Positions 39,951 through 55,385 of a stretch of 64,000 bases of DNA are shown here, one piece after another. This DNA is from Eledone cirrhosa. Its lineage: Eukaryota. The stretch spans positions 12,896,001-12,960,000 of the forward strand of contig OZ024742.1 of NCBI GenBank assembly GCA_964016885.1. Direction: 5' to 3'. A program made the position numbers and the translations under genes. How positions within the stretch are numbered: position 1 is the stretch's first letter; every line of letters begins with the position of its first letter. The notes beneath the pieces were generated by a model, which was not told the origin of the DNA, did not search any database, and worked only from the letters and a program-made list of their open reading frames with translations.

Positions 39951-40609
39951 ACATATCTATCTATGTGTGTCTATCTGTGTTTACGTGTCTGTGTCTGTCT
40001 CTGTCTCTGTGTCTCTGTGTCTGTGTGTGTATCACTGTCTATCTTTCTATGTGTGTATATGTATTTGTGTATCTGTGTCTATGTGTGTCTATCTGTGTCT
40101 GTCTCTGTATGTCTGTGTCTGTGTGTGTATCACTGTCTATCTTTCTATGTGAGTATATGTATGTGTGTATCTGTGTGTCTATGTGTCTATATGTATGTGT
40201 GTATCTGTGTGTCTATGTGCGTATATGTATGTGTGTATCTGAGTGTTTATGTGTCTATGTGTGAGTTATTACTCAATTTCTAAAAACTTTTGTGTTTTTA
40301 TCGAAAACAAACAATAAGTGATATTTCAATTTTCTTTTAAATTCTGTTTAACTAAATTACGTTTAAATATATTTCCATCATTTACAGCTAAATGTTGATT
40401 TACACTAATTACGCCCAAATCAATCATACTTTCTCACACACTAAATTTGAAAAAGTGAAACTTTATAAACATGAAATGTTTTGTTGATGTGTTAGCAGAG
40501 AACTGTCCTCAGTCCCCATACTTAGCAATGTCAGCAATTTTACTGTCTTGTCAAATAACACACCACACATACCATCTCATTGAAATACCCCAAACTAAAC
40601 ACTTATATT

Positions 40610-41377
40610 GTTGATGTTATTATTGGTGGTGTTGGTGGTGGTGGTGGTGGTGTTGGTAGTGGTGGTGGTGTTGGTGGCAGTGGTGGTGTTGGTGGTGGTG
40701 GTGGTGGTGTTGGTGGCAGTGGTGGTGTTGGTGGCAGTGGTGGTGTTGGTGGCAGTGGTGGTGGTGTTGGTGGTGGTGGTGGTGTTGGTGGTGGTGGTGG
40801 TGTTGGTGGCAGTGGTGGTGGTGTTGGTGGTGGTGGTGTTGGTGGTGGTGGTGGTGGTGGTGGCAGTGGTGGTGTTGGTGGCAGTGGTGGTGGTGTTGGT
40901 GGTGGTGGTGTTGGTGGTGGTGGTGGTGTTGGTGGCAGTGGTGGTGGTGTTGGTGGTGGTGGTGTTGGTGGTGGTGGTGGTGGTGGTGGCAGTGGTGGTG
41001 TTGGTGGCAGTGGTGGTGGTGTTGGTGGTGGTGGTGTTGGTGGTGGTGGTGGTGTTGGTGGCAGTGGTGGTGTTGGTGGCAGTGGTGGTGGTGTTGGTGG
41101 TGGTGGTGGTGTTGGTGGTGGTGGTGGTGTTGGTGGCAGTGGTGGTGGTGTTGGTGGTGGTGGTGTTGGTGGTGGTGGTGGTGGTGGTGGCAGTGGTGGT
41201 GTTGGTGGCAGTGGTGGTGGTGTTGGTGGTGGTGGTGTTGGTGGTGGTGGTGGTGTTGGTGGCAGTGGTGGTGTTGGTGGCAGTGGTGGTGGTGTTGGAG
41301 GTGGTGGTGGTGTTGGTGGCAGCGGTGATGTTGGTGGTGGTGTTGTGGTTGGTGGTGTTGGCGGTGGTGTTGTTGTC

Positions 41378-41408
<31 letters not shown>

Positions 41409-42065
41409 TTATTATTGGTGGTGGTGGTTGTGGTGGTGGTGGTGTTATTGTTGATGGTGGTGGTTGTGGTGGTGGTTGTGGTGTTATTGTTGGTGGTGGT
41501 GGTGGTGGTGGTGGTGTTATTATTGATGGTGGTTGTGGTGGTGGTGGTGTTATTGTTGATGGTGGTGGTTGTGGTGGTGGTTGTGGTGTTATTGTTGGTG
41601 GTGGTGGTGGTGGTGGTCGTCGTGGTGGTAGTGGTGGTGGTGGTAGTGGTGGTGGTGGTGATGGTGGTGGTGGTGTTAGTGTTGGTGGTGGTGGTGGTTG
41701 TGGTGTTATTGTTGATGGTGGTGGTGGTGGTGTTATTGCTGGTGGTGGTGGTTGTGGTGGTGTTATTGTTGATGGTGGTGGTGGTGGTGGTGGTGGTGGT
41801 GTTATTGTTGGTGTTGATGGTGGTGGTGGTGGTGTTGGTGGTGGTGGTGGTGGTGGTGTTGGTGGTGGTGGTGGTGGTGTTGTTATTTTTGTTATTGTTG
41901 TTGTTGGTGGTGGTGGTGGTGTTGTTATTGTTGTTGTTGTTGGTGGTGGTGGTGTTGTTGTTGTTGTTGTTCGTGGTGGTGGTGTTGTTATTGTTGTTGT
42001 TGTTGGTGGTGGTGGTGGTGTTGGTGTTGGTGGTGGTGGTGGTGGTGGTGGTGATGGTGGTGGTG

Positions 42066-42103
<38 letters not shown>

Positions 42104-42440
42104 GGTGCTGGTGGTGGTGGTGGTGGTGGTGGTGTTGGTGGTGGTGGTGGTGGTGGTGTTGTTATTGTTGTTGTTGTTGGTGGTGGGGGGGGGGTGTTGT
42201 TATAGTTGTTGTTGTTGTTGGTGGTGGTGGTGGTGGTGTTGTTATAGTTGTTGTTGTTGTTGTTGTTGGTGGTGGCGGTGGTGGTGGTGGTGGTGGTGGT
42301 GGTGGTGGTGGTGGCGTTGGTGGTGGTGGTGGTGGTGGTGTTGTTATTGTTGTTGTTGGTGGGGGTGGTGGTGGTGTTGTTGTTGTTGGTGGTGGGGGTG
42401 GTGGGGGTGTTGTTATTGTTATGTTGTTGTTGTTGTTGGT
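40610..42440. repeat. Degenerate (GGT/GTT)n trinucleotide array
   Basis: Direct; gives spurious poly-Gly/Val/Pro ORFs. Confidence 0.95.
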
Positions 42441-42449
42441 TTTGTGTAT

Positions 42450-42624
42450 CCCAGGTTCATTCGAGGGTAACCACAGTAAGTAAGGTACTCAATACATAGC
42501 AGAGTATAAACATTTAATATAGAAATGGCTTCTACAGGACTAGAACTGTTTCATTCGAAGGATACCATCCGTTTGCCTCGTGATTTCCCTCGAATGAAAC
42601 AGTTCTAGTCTTGAAGAAGCCATT

Positions 42625-42635
<11 letters not shown>
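42450..42635 (-). mobile_element. Family C cassette, palindromic, HHR 5' core lost
   Basis: ATAGAAATGGCTTCTACAGGACTAGAACTGTTTCATTCG ... CGAATGAAACAGTTCTAGTCTTGAAGAAGCCATTTCTAT. Confidence 0.8.
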
Positions 42636-42659
<24 letters not shown>

Positions 42660-43357
42660 AGCACGTGTATAAAAATATATGTGAATAGGTATGTGTGTAT
42701 GTATATGTGTATGTAAGTAAATATTAGAGCGTATACATAAATATATGTGAATAAGTACGTCTGGTTGTGTGTGTGTATGTGTGTGTATACGATTGTATGT
42801 GTATGTTCTGAGTGTCTATGTGTGTGTGTATGTTTATATGTGTGTGTGTACCAGTATATACTAATGATTGCTTATGAGTACGTACGCATGTGTATTTAAG
42901 TTGATTTATAATTAAATGCTTATATGATGTATGTTCCTATATAAAAGTATGTTTTGAAGAGTATGTTATTGTAGTGGTGTAGAGGAAAGGAGGGATGTAT
43001 GTCTGTAGAATCAGAAATTAGTAGAAACCTGAAGTGTTTTTAACTTTCACCAACGCCTTCTCGCCACATCAAGTCAACACACACACTGCCACAGAGTTAT
43101 ATCAACTTCTCCCTGATAGATGTCCAACACTTTTTCAAATCACCTAACACCTCACATTAAAATTGAGTGCAAAATTCCATTAAGAAGACGTCAATATTGA
43201 CACAAATTGACGTTAATTTAGTGAAGAAGCACTCTCACATCTTATATAATGGATTTCTACAATCGTTTATTTGATCACTTTCTCGCTAGAAGTTTCAACT
43301 AGAGAGAAAATGCAGCTGGCATGTATAGAAACAGGCGAAAACTGAGGTATGTAGCTT

Positions 43358-43755
43358 TATATTGCTTACTGGATAAATCGTTTACTCCATATAATAGAGA
43401 GTTCACGTGCTTTTTTGTATAAGACATCACCTTGACAAGGAAATATAATTTCAAACTCCGTTTAGCTCACCTCTCCACTTTGAAATTTTTCAAAATATTT
43501 TTGCTGGTTTATTCGTTTAGTGAGTTCGTGTGATTTCTTTCTGATCTAAGACATCGCTTTGACAAGCAAATACATTTTAAAACTCCGCTTAACTCCTCTT
43601 TCAATTTCGAAATCTTTCCAGGTATTGCTTACTGGATAAATCGTTTAGTGCTTATAATAGATAGTTCCTGTGATTTCTTTCACATTGACATGCAAATATA
43701 TTCTTGACCTTTTTTTTTTTAGCACCATCCTCCACTTAGAAATCTTCGAAATCTT
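43358..43755. repeat. Diverged ~130-bp tandem repeat, ~3 copies
   Basis: TATTGCTTACTGGATAAATCGTTTA at ~43359 and ~43623; TAAGACATC...TTGACAAG..AAATA recurs. Confidence 0.6.
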
Positions 43756-44129
43756 TACAAGTATTTTTACGACATGTCAGCAATCCCCGTCAGAGCTGAT
43801 CTCTCCAAAAAAATACCTGCCTGTTAAAAGTGTTTCCGATCAAATGTTCTTTCTGTTGTCACGAAATCTATATTTCAGCTCACTGTCAGTTTTGTTTCAA
43901 CATCTTTCTTTAGTAACCAAGACTAGCTTGTTGTTTTTAATGTTATTTACAAGGTTTTGTTTCTTTATTGGCCTGTTGTCTAGGTAACTAAAAGGCCAGA
44001 TGGGATGTGACATGTAACAACATTATTTCCAGCAGCAACCAGGTATATTCAGAGCCACATCCACGTTTTGTTGACCGACAGATCCAAGTTTTGTTGGCCT
44101 TTGCAAGTCTTGTGACTATAGCAGAAATA

Positions 44130-46768
44130 ATTATATATAACTATGTATTATATATAGCTGTATATTATATAAAACTGTATATTATATATAACTATATATT
44201 ATATATAACTATATATTATATATAATTATATATTATATATAACTATATATTATATATAACTATATATTATATATAACTATATATTATATATAACTATATA
44301 TTATATATAGCTATATATTATATATAACTGTGTATTACATATAACTATATATAATATATAGCTATATATTATATATAACTATATATTATATATAACTATA
44401 TATTATATATAGCTATATATTATATATAACTATATATTATATATAACGGTATATTATATATAACTATATATTATATATAACTATATATTATATATAACTA
44501 TATATTATATATAACTATATATTATATATAAATATATAAATATATATTATATATAAATATATATTATATATAACTATATATTATATATAACTGTATATTA
44601 TATATAGCTATAGATTATATATAATTGTATATTATATATAACTGTATATTATATATAACTGTATATTATATATAACTATATATTATATATAACTATATAT
44701 TATATATAACGGTATATTATATATAACTATATATTATATATAACTATATATAATATATAACGGTTTATTATATATAACTATATATTATATATAACTATAT
44801 ATTATATATAACTATATAATATATATAACTGTGTATTATATATAACTATATATAATATATAACTATATATAATATATAACTGTATATTATATATAACTAT
44901 ATATAAGTATATATTATATATAAGTATATATTATATGTAACTGTATATTATATATAACTATATATTATATATAAGTATATACTATATATAATTATATATT
45001 ATTGGATTGGCAGTATCGGTAGAGGGTCGGACACCACGCTTTCAAGCATAGTTACGTCCCTTTATGATCTGAGTTCAAATCCCGCCGAGGTTGACTTTGT
45101 CTTTCATCCTTACGCGGTCGATAAAATAAAGTACCAGTAATGCACTGTGGAATTGCTGGCTTTGTGCCTAAAGAAGAAACAATTATATATAACTATATAT
45201 TATATATAACTGTATATTATATATAACTGTATATTATATATAACTAGATATATATAATATATAACTGTATATTATATATAACTAGATATATAACTATATA
45301 TTATATATAACTATATATTATATATAACAATATATTATATATAACTGTATATTATATATAACTATATATTATATATAGATATATATATATATAACTGTGT
45401 ATAATATATAACTATATATTATATATAACTGTATATTATATATAACTGTATATTATATATAGCTATAGATTATATATAACTGTATATTATATATAACTGT
45501 ATATTATATATAACTGTTTATTATATATATAGTATATATAACTATATATTATATATAACTATATATAATATATTACGGTATATTATATATAACTATATAT
45601 TATATATAACTATATATTATATATAACTATATATTATATATAGATATATATATATATAACTGTGTATAATATATAACTATATATTATATATAACTGTATA
45701 TTATATATATCTTTATATTATATATAACTGTATATTATATATAACTATATATTATGTATAACTATATATTATATATAACTATATATTATATATAACTGTA
45801 TATTATATATAGCTATAGATTATATATAATTGTATATTATATATAACAATATATTATATATAACTATATATTATATATAACTATATATTATATATAACTG
45901 TGTATTATATATAACTATATATAATATATAACTATATATAATATAAAACTGTATATTATATATAACTATATATATAACTATATATTATATATAACTATAT
46001 ATTATATATAACTATATATTATATATAACTATATATTATATATAACTGTATATTATATATAACTATATATTATATATAACTATATATTATATATAATTAT
46101 ATACTATATATAACTATATATTATATATAACTGTATATTATATATAACTGTATATTATATATAACTATATATTATATATAATTATATATTATATATAATT
46201 ATATACTATATATAACTATATATTATATATAACTGTATATTACATATAACTATATATTATATATAACTATATATTATATATAACTATATATTATATATAA
46301 TTATATACTATATATAACTATATATTATATATAACTGTATATTATATATATCTATATTATATATAACTATATATTATATATAACTGTATATTATATATAA
46401 CTGTATATAATATATAACTATATATTATATATAACTATATATTATATATAACTATAGATATTATATATAACTATATACTATATATAACTATATATTATAT
46501 ATAGCTATATAATATATATAACTGTATATTATATACATAACTGTATATAATATATAACTATATATTATATATAACTATATATTATATATAACTATAGATA
46601 TTATATATAACTATATATTATATATAGCTATATAATATATATAACTGTATATTATATATAACTATATATTATATATAACTATATACTATATATAACTATA
46701 TATTATATATAGCTATATAATATATATAACTGTATATTATATACATAACTGTATATAATATATAACTG
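44130..46768. repeat. 17-bp AT-rich minisatellite (ATAACTATATATTATAT)n
   Basis: Direct periodicity; interrupted by a SINE. Confidence 0.95.
45003..45184 (+). mobile_element. SINE family A within the AT minisatellite
   Basis: TGGCAGTATCGGTAGAG...GAGTTCAAATCCCGCC. Confidence 0.88.
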
Positions 46769-47129
46769 TGACTACATTACTGAATTACTGTGTGGCGGGT
46801 TCATTACTTTCAACATTATAAAATTTATTGTGAGCAAGTAATTGTATTAATCGGTAAGAGTAGATGGAAACTACTTACTAAAGGACAACAGATGTAACAA
46901 GTGTATATAGCGTCGATTATATTAGTCTTAGATGTCTCATTAAAATTGTTCAACTTTAAACTGAAGCTAAATCGCTACAAAGTACTTTAAATACTCGATT
47001 CGTTAAAGATGGAAATATTATCAATTTGAAATGTCTGCGGAATTACATTTTATTTTGGACTCTCAGCGGTTTAAAGTCATGAACTGGCATAACAAAGATG
47101 TCCATAATGTATATATATATATATATAGA

Positions 47130-49164
47130 AGCAATTACACCCCTTCAAAAGGTAGAAATAAAATCCTGGACTAATTCTGTGAACACATCACAAACTTCCC
47201 TTACCAACACTTGCACAGACAAAAACACAAGCCAAACCTCAACAAGAAAGAATGGGAAGAATTAAATAGATTAAAAACCGACAGAACCATTACAATTAAA
47301 GAGGCTGATAAAGGGAGTACAGTAGTCCTAATGGAGACAGAATTCTATATCAACTTAGCGCTCTCCACTTTGGAAAACGAAACATACTATGAAAAGGCTG
47401 AACACTACAATCAACAGAAAATTATGAGAAACCTAAAAACTCTAATCAACCAATACAAAGAAGGACTCACTAACAAGGAATTCAGCTTCATCACAGACTT
47501 CACAAGTAAATCCAGCCTTTTCTACGGTATCCCTAAAGTACATAAAAGCGAATCAATAAGTAAGGCATGCAAGGAAGCCACAGACATAGTCATCAATGTC
47601 CCCTCACCCAATGATTTCAAATTAAGACTATAATAGCAGGCCCCGCTTGCGAAACGCACCGTCTTAGCAACTACATTGATACCCTTCTCAAACCCTTCCT
47701 CAAACACATCAAAAGCTATATAAGGGACGACCTAGATATGCTCAATCACCTCCCTAATATGCCACTTTCTGAACAAACCCTACTAGTGACGTTCGATGTA
47801 GTCAACCTATACTCCAACATCCCCCACAACCTAGGAATAGAAGCTATCCAATTCCACAATGAACTCCCACAACGCATCAAAATAGAATTCGTGATAGAGG
47901 GACTCAAATTTATCTTGGAGAACAATTACTTCGTTTTCAATAACAAACCCTACAGGCAGAAATCTGGGACCGCTATGGGAAGGAAAACAGCCCCCACTTA
48001 TGCCAACCTAGTCATGGGATACCTGGAAATCACCCTCTACACTAAAGTCCTAAACAAATTTGTAAACACCCTCCACTTACACATTGAAAGGAACTGGAAG
48101 CGATATCTAGATGACTGCTTCATCCTTTGGCACGAAAACATCGAAAAACTTAAAGAATTTCACACCCTTATAAATGGGCTTAACACGAATATTAACTTCA
48201 CGATGGAATACAGCCATGAACAACTCCCCTTCCTCGACATCCTCATTAAGATCCATAACAAAAAAATAGAAACAGACATATACTACAAGCCCACAGACTC
48301 CAAGCAATGTCTCCCCTTCAACTCTTGCCACCCTAGACACGTTAAAATTAATATTCCCTACAACTTAGCCAAGAGAATCTGTACTATAGTCTCCAATAAA
48401 AACATCTGCTACTTACAGCTACAAGAACTAAAGGACACACTCATAGGCAGGGACTACCCTGCATCACTAATTGACAATGGAATCCAACGTGCCCTAAAAC
48501 TCAGTACCCAGGACCTTAGACACCCTAAAGTAAATCAACCGAAACTAAAAGCTCTTCCATACATCTCAACACACAACCCCCTCAACAATGAGGCATTTGA
48601 CACCATCCTCCAAAACATCCCTGTGTTGAAAAAGGACCATAGAATGAACCAAATTCTACGAACACACGATATCATAAAGAGCAAAAGACAATCCAAGTCA
48701 ATGAAAAACATACTAACACATGCCAAAGTACTGCCAACCACAACAACGAAACCCACAGTAAAAAATGCGATAGACCCAACTGTGGAATTTGCATCAACCT
48801 AATAGAGGGTTCGGAATTCTATTTCAAAGATGGACAACGTTTTATAGAAAAACACAATTTCACATGTGCATCGGAAAATCTAATATATGTATTAACTTGC
48901 TCAGGTTGTCGAGAACAATACATAGGCCAGACCAAAAACAGCCTCCGCCAACGCATGACTGTCCATAGATCCCAAATTAAAATACGGGAATACAGGAAAA
49001 TACCACTGAGTTAACACATTGATACCTGTGCCGCCCAAACTCATCCCAACTTCAGAATCTTTCCACTCTACAAATTTAAAGATAATGCCACCCACACCCA
49101 GCGCATCAGCAAGGAATCTTACTTCATTAACAAATACCGACCCCGTCTAAACACTTCTCCCTAA
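47130..49164 (+). pseudogene. Penelope-like element ORF (RT plus GIY-YIG, Neptune-like), 5'-truncated and frameshifted
   Basis: IKEADKG, FYGIPKVHK, TFDVVNLYSNI, GTAMG, RYLDD; manual NLIYVLTCSGCREQYIGQTKNSLRQRM after ~48877. Confidence 0.92.
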
Positions 49165-50712
<1,548 letters not shown>

Positions 50713-50739
50713 GGGGCAACGAATCGTCATTGTTATTTT

Positions 50740-52645
50740 ATTTCACTATTGTGCAGCGCGACTTATGTTGGACAGACGGGACGTCGCCTGGCGGACCGAT
50801 TCACTGAGCACCTCCGGGATATTCGTCTCGGTGGTAGTTCCCCCATCGCCCGCCACTTTGGTGGCCCTGGACATTCCGCACGCCATCTCACAGTCTGTGG
50901 CCTACTCCAATGCCACGGAACACCCGCCAATCGCCTTAGAGTCGAACAAAGAACTATCTTCATCTTACAGACCCACACTCCTCCCGGCCTGAACTCCCCA
51001 CCCTTATTCCTTTAGCCTTCGACCGCCCCCCTCCCGCCACACTTATCCCTCACTAACACCACTAACACACCTCTCCTTTTCACCGCCCACCCCACAACTA
51101 AACATACTAACACCTCCACTCCACCCCTCATCCGACCACCCTTCCCCAACTAACACACTAACATCCCTCCCTTCTTCTCCTCCTCCCCCCTCCTTATCAC
51201 ACGCACACACCCACCGGCACATATATACACGCGCTCACACTAAACACACACCCTACTACCACCACTAACCCTCACCCCCACAACTCTTACCCCCACACCT
51301 CCATCCCACCACCCCGCAACTAACCTCACTAAATCCCCTGACCCCAAGCACTCGAACACACGCACCCACTTACACCACCCACCCCACACACAACTAACAT
51401 CACTAACACCCCCAACCCCACGCACACGTACCCACACACCCTCGTACACCACCAACTCTACACACCCTACCACCACTAACCCCCACTCACACCTGCATTC
51501 AACCCTTCCCCACCTCCCGTATACTAACACCCACTAAAACCCCTTCATCAAACTACACACACACCAGTACACCACACTCCCTCCATAGAACTACACACAC
51601 CCTTCTCTCCCCGCTCCACCTACACCCTCGCTCCACACTCACTCATCCCACTAACACCTCTACTAATACACACACACACCCTCCTCACTCCAACTTTCAC
51701 ACCTACCCATCCTCGCGCCTTTACCATTCCACCGACTGCTGCTATGCCCTCTGACCACCTCCCAGCACAAACAGACACACAGCACTCCCACTGCTTGACC
51801 ACTTCCTGTTGCGCGCGCACCCCACATCTCTCCTCTTCCGACCATCTCTTCATGGAATACTCGTATGTGGAACTTGACCACCACGGAATCCACTAAACAT
51901 CATAGGATTTTACCAACTTTTCAACCATCCTCTTACGGAATCATCTATATAACTGACCCACACACACACCCAAAAAAATGTTTTTCTCCACACGCCACCT
52001 ACACCCACAACACGCTTAAACCCCACACACACGTGCTTTCCACCACGTATTTACACCCGCAGCCTCCTGATTCCTCTCCCTCCACCCCTCTATCCACACA
52101 CGCACAGACACTCCGACCTACAACCCCCCCCCCCACACACACACACACCTATTCCTGAACATGCAACCCCGTTCTTCTCCCAACCCTTACTTTCACATAC
52201 ACACACACACACACACACACGTACTCCTACACACACACACCACCTTCAGCCCTCCCCGCTCGGACACCCCGTCTCCCTCTCCCCACTCCACCCGCCACCA
52301 CCCCTACACACCCCACACCCTTCCACCACCTGTTTTACCCCCCTTTTAATTTCAGTTTATTTTGATCCTGCTTTTATATTTAATTTTATTTCATTCCTTG
52401 TATTTTGATCATGCTTTATTTTTATTTTTATTTTTAATTTCATTCGTACCGTTTCCTTTCGCTATATGTCTCTCCACCACTCCCCTACACACCCTTTGAA
52501 CTCTGTTCCCACACACTTCTCACCTCAAGAAGGGCTTATGCCCGAAACGTCGTCCCCCACCACCACCCCATTCTCCAGAGCGTGAAATTAATAAACATTC
52601 GTCGTACTGCCTCTCTGTTTTGTTCCTGTTCAAATTTTTCCATTA
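50740..52645 (+). mobile_element. Penelope-like element 3' fragment: GIY-YIG C-terminus (to 51015), C-rich UTR, mutated HHR at 52521-52554
   Basis: CSATYVGQTGRRLADRFTEHLRDI...EQRTIFILQTHTPPGLN; AC-CTCAAGA-a-GGGC ttat GCCC-GAA-A CG T-C-GT (G5C); AATAAA ~52590. Confidence 0.85.
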
Positions 52646-52656
52646 TATATATATAT

Positions 52657-52715
52657 AGGAACAAGACCCCGACGGCTGAGCTCAAGCCGTTTCGACGGCT
52701 AATTCTGGACTGAAT
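52657..52715 (-). mobile_element. Family P cassette, single arm
   Basis: GACCCCGACGGCTGAGCTCAAGCCGTTTCGACGGCTAATTCTG, matching 63944-63986. Confidence 0.8.
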
Positions 52716-53825
52716 GAAAATTTATTCTGGTATTTAAATAGCCGAGCTTATCAAGGGGTAATTCCATATATGGTCAAAGAGATAATCACCAGAATTGGTC
52801 ACATCACAAGTTAGTAGTAAATCTGTGATGGCAAATTGGTGGGGGAGGGGGTAGCTAAACTTGCCGGTAGGAGAAAACGGGAGAGGGGCGGAGTAGACCC
52901 ATTCATGCGTTGGTAGTGCCGGCTACAGCTGGGCGTGAGGTCAAAGAGGATACTGGGGAGGGGGGGGAGGAAGTCGAAACGGTAAGTAGAAGAATGAGGG
53001 GTAAAACTATAAAAAGTACTGAGAATGAAAAAAAAAAAATAAGCAAAGTCTGGTTACTAAGACTTAAGTCTCTCGCTATTGCTAGGCTAAAGAAATACAT
53101 AAATAAATAAATAAACAAATAAGTGAATAAAAGAATAGATAAATAAATAAAAAAAAATATAATAAAGAATAAAAAAATAAATAATAATAATAAAAATAAA
53201 CTAGGTGGGACGGAAATAAAGGGACCCTTATACGAGGTATAAGTGCGTGTATCGTACGGTGACGGGTCAACAAAGGAGGGGGGGGGGGGGCAAAATACTA
53301 AAGAGACTACCACGAAATAATAAAGGTTTCTACCCCAATCACAGGGCCAGCAACCACCCAGTGCAAGAAAGTAAACTAGTACGAAAATATAATTCAGGGT
53401 CCCGCAAAAAAATACTAATGCTAACTCTAAGGGTACCGCCACGAAACAAAAAGTCTTATACAGGCTACATGAAAGATCGTACGAAGTAAAAGTAAAGAAC
53501 GGAAAATTAATACAGAAACACACACACACACACCCCAAAAAAGAGAAAAAGAAGAAAGAAATACTGGATAAACGAGAAATTAAAGCAAAGATGCCACTAA
53601 GAAATATAGAAGGCACGGAGAAAAGGGACAGCGGTCGGAGAAGGGGGCAAGTATCCGAAGTCTAACACCTCTGCTATAAAAAGCGGAGTCAGCCAAATCT
53701 ATCATAGAATAGGGGAGGGGTGGGGGTGCTGAAGCTACAAGGGTCCGAGGGGCTACCTCGGGTTGGCGAGAAAAAGACGACGACAAAGAAAAGGAACTGG
53801 GGTAGAAGGACTTCTACCCCAGTTC

Positions 53826-54156
53826 AACAGATTGGCTTGCCTCAGAACGAATTTCTATAGACTTTTGACTGAGGAATGTTCTAACAACTGACCAATGAGA
53901 GGAGAAGAGGCCCTTTGACGCTGAAATTCGTTTGTTTAAATTCATATGATTCCAGTTCCTCAGTGAAATAACAACCCAACCAGGAACTGGGCATATCAGA
54001 GTATTGACAAAGTTATAAACCTCAACAACATGTGTACTCATCTCTACCACACTAATTCAGACTGCCTGAAGAGGTCACAGCCAAAGATGGCTGTCACCGA
54101 AATATATCTAGCAGTAATAAACGAAGCCAAATTTTAAATATTTAACTTATTTAATT

Positions 54157-54160
<4 letters not shown>
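53826..54160 (+). mobile_element. Non-coding HHR element family R copy 2
   Basis: Homologous to 32250-32572 (reverse complement); ends at (TA)n. Confidence 0.8.
54061..54115 (+). ncRNA. Hammerhead ribozyme, canonical core
   Basis: ACTGC-CTGAAGA-GGTcACAGCCA aaga TGGCTGTcACC-GAA-A tatatc T-A-GCAGT, then AATAAA. Confidence 0.88.
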
Positions 54161-54205
<45 letters not shown>

Positions 54206-54348
54206 AAACCGGTAAAGGAACCAAATAAATATATATATTTTTTTTTAAATAAGACTCCAGTTGCATTTTCGATTTCATCTTTTTTTCTTTATACTTTCAC
54301 TCGTGTAGGACACCTCGGTTATTTTTCATTTTGTAAAAGAAACCTCAC

Positions 54349-54390
<42 letters not shown>

Positions 54391-54536
54391 ATAGTTTGGG
54401 AGGGTCATGTTGCCAATAAGAAACACACGCACCAGTTGCTTTCACTTCAATTTATTATAATAAATTCATAAATTTAGGAATATATAAATTTCCGGTTGGT
54501 TGGTTGGTTCCACAACCAGATGGTTGTTTATATATT

Positions 54537-54579
54537 GTCAAAGTTCTTTCGTCACACATTCTGTGACATCTTCAGTGAC
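54537..54579 (-). ncRNA. pLTR hammerhead, inverted copy
   Basis: Minus strand GTCA-CTGAAGA-t-GTCACA gaatg TGTGAC-GAA-AG aa CT-T-TGAC. Confidence 0.75.
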
Positions 54580-55118
54580 TGGGGATTCTTTTCTTTGTTT
54601 TTGTGCCTCTCCTTTGTTCTGTCCTACGCCATCTTGTTTCTGTGTGTGTGTTGTGTGCTCAGTCTGCCACATCCGAGTGTCTGTGTGTGTTTATATTCGT
54701 GTATTTATTTGTTTATTTACATGTTACTGGTTGGTTGTTTGTTCTATGTGCGTGTGTATTTTCATTTTGTCCTTAATTGTAAGTTGTGAAGTTGCTGTTC
54801 CAGTCATGTTTTCTATTTAATTTTGGTTGTAAGTCTTTTATGTTTATTGCCTCTGTGAATTGTCCGAACATTGCGTCTTTTCTGTGTGTAGATTCTATTT
54901 TTATTTCTATGTTCTCTAATTTACCCTTATGTTCTATTTTAGCATGTTGGTAGAGTACAGATGATTCTTTACTATCTTGAAGGTCTCCCAGCAACATCAC
55001 AACTTACAATTAAGGACAAAATGAAAACACACACGCACATAGAACAAACAACCAACCAGTAACATGTAAATAAACAAATAAATAAACGAATATAAACACA
55101 CACAGACACCCGGATGTG

Positions 55119-55167
55119 GCGCATGCGCAGACTGAGCACACAACACACACACAGAAACAAGATGGCG
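55119..55167 (+). promoter_or_regulatory. Candidate pLTR promoter motifs: NRF1-like GCGCATGCGC and YY1-like CAAGATGGCG
   Basis: Motif matches upstream of the HHR and of ATG 55386; function untested. Confidence 0.4.
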
Positions 55168-55214
55168 TAGGACAGAACAAAGGAGAGGCACAAAAACAAA
55201 GAAAAGAATCCCCA

Positions 55215-55257
55215 GTCACTGAAGAGGTCACAGAATGTGTGACGAAAGAACTTTGAC
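55215..55257 (+). ncRNA. pLTR hammerhead, 5' copy
   Basis: GTCA-CTGAAGA-g-GTCACA gaatg TGTGAC-GAA-AG aa CT-T-TGAC. Confidence 0.75.
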
Positions 55258-55385
55258 AATATATAAACAACCATCTGGTTGTGGAACCAACCAACCAACC
55301 GGAAATTTATAAATTCCTAAATTTATAAATTTATTATAATAAATTGAAGTGAAATCAACTGGTGTGTGTGTTTCTTATTGGCAAC

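Noticed and set aside
40580-42499. 541-aa Gly-rich, 620-aa Val-rich and 258-aa Pro-rich ORFs
   Set aside because: A GGT/GTT array open in several frames with no signal peptide; a Gly-rich structural exon cannot be fully excluded without RNA data.
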